Assembly (NCBI RefSeq): GCF_018350175.1
Contig: NC_058368.1
Coordinates: 144,958,001 to 145,022,000 of the forward strand
Direction: 5' to 3'
Length of the DNA stretch: 64,000 nt
Origin: Felis catus
Lineage: Eukaryota
The stretch's first letter is position 1. Each line of letters opens with the position of its first letter. The translations under genes and the position numbers were made by a program. The notes beneath the pieces were generated by a model. The model did no database searches and was not told the origin of the DNA. It saw only the letters and a program-made list of their open reading frames with translations. Positions 62,730-64,000 of the stretch are shown here, piece after piece.

Positions 62730-62960
62730 AAAAATCACAATTTGCATAGACTTTTACATTTCTCAGAGATCATTTACACACCATAGTCATTTGAGTCATA
62801 AAACAATCCTGTAAGAGTAGTGAACATTTTAACATCCCTTTCTAAAAGTTAAAAAAAGAGGTTCATCTGGATAAGTGATTGATGTCAGATGAATCAATAA
62901 AAGAAGAGCTTATATTAGGGCCCGGATTTCTCTACTTCTTAAAAATGAGATTTTCCTTTC
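62730..62960 (-). mobile_element. MIR
   Basis: catttgagtcataaaacaatcctgtaag…ggataagtgatt. Confidence 0.6.
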
Positions 62961-63184
62961 CCCACCAATGTATTTCAAACTGTGTCTCTCAGAAGAGGAC
63001 TTAGAGATATGTTTGGAATGAGGAGGGAAGTGTTGCAAAGAGGAATTATCAGGCTCTTGCCAGAGATTTAAAAGGAATGTATCAGAAGGAAAATCAAAGT
63101 GGTAATTAACTGTGGATCTTTCAGGTCATATGTGTAATCCAGTAAGTACTGTAAGTGATGCAGTTTAATAGTGATTATGTATTG

Positions 63185-64000
63185 AGGGGCCTACTCATAT
63201 GCTTTCCACATAAGATGTAGAAAGCTGGAAACAGTATTGTTTCCAACCTCATCACACACAAACAAAAAAGGCAGTTAATCTACAAATTTTCTTGAGCCCC
63301 TAAGAGAGCTCATCTAAGTAAGACAGACACCTCCAAGGAGAAACAGGACGTGAGCACTTGGCTACCTGAAGCAGATGACAGATGGAATACAGGCTGATAA
63401 GGACTCAGCTAAAATTTCTAACAAACTGCTAAAGGCTGAGTGTGAACCAGCATGAGAATAGAGAATCCCTGGGAGCCAGAAACATCGGGGGAATGAATGC
63501 TCATCTACTCACTAAGTCTTCTCACATTCCTCAGAGGGCAAAAAAAGTTGGGGGGGAAGAAGAGATTGGAGAGACCTCCCTCAAATAGAAGGCCTGGAGG
63601 ACCGGAAAAGCAGCTACTGTGAAAAAAGCACAAAGTCCCACTTAGTCCCTCTCCCCTCAAAAAACAAAAAAACCTGAAACTAAGGATGAAAGGTCAAAAA
63701 CCCCTGTAGCCCTCAGGGCACAGGTGAAGAGTCAAGCTGAAGGAAAAGAACAGAAAAAAAGCCCTCCATCCCTGGAGGGAAAGGAAGAAAAAAACATCTG
63801 GAATTTACTACTAGTGGTCCTCCACCACTGGGATAAGACAGGATTGCTCACAATGTGACACCCAAGACACTCAGGGAAACAACCTTCCAGTAACACTGAG
63901 GCTGACTCAGAACAAAGCATGTCACCCCATGTCCTATACTGCCAGGCCAGTAATTATCAAGTAACAAATAAAGAGTCTACTTTTAGGGGAGGTTCCAGAT
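63185..64000 (+). mobile_element. Old L1 5'UTR, running off the window
   Basis: ctttccacataagatgtagaaagctggaaa start typical of L1M 5' ends. Confidence 0.65.

Noticed and set aside
1..64000. CRISPR array, prokaryotic system, CpG-island promoter, or a named host gene
   Set aside because: Mammalian repeat landscape with no regularly spaced repeat-spacer array and CpG depletion throughout; the candidate exon peptides match no protein I can recognise, so no symbol is given.

Overview
Mammalian, almost certainly felid, genomic DNA. It is AT-rich and contains about 34 tRNA-derived Can-SINEs (SINEC_Fc type) plus L1_Fc 3' ends. Roughly half or more of the window is interspersed repeat: L1, Can-SINE, L2, MIR, solo LTRs, and Tigger and hAT DNA transposon fossils. 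I recognise no host protein-coding exon, tRNA/rRNA gene, CRISPR array or CpG island. The supplied ORFs are SINE, microsatellite, L1 or Tigger by-products, or chance. L1s and LTRs lie mostly on +, the + strand is A-rich, and the best splice signals are on -. The window therefore most likely lies inside a long intron of an unidentified minus-strand gene (inference). Best observations: (1) one TSD-bounded retroposition unit inside an old L1 ORF2, made of a full Can-SINE plus ~315 bp of non-repeat sequence, AATAAA and an A-tail (33678-34145), which looks like a SINE 3' transduction or SINE/mRNA chimera; (2) candidate minus-strand small exons of 20 nt (UGC motifs like SRRM4-type microexons) and 39 nt (frame-preserving); (3) an internally deleted Tigger-type element whose transposase N- and C-termini are joined; (4) layered nested insertions. 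I cannot support a wholly new biological system here. Repeat subfamily names come from recalled consensus sequences, not a database search. Boundaries without TSDs are approximate.
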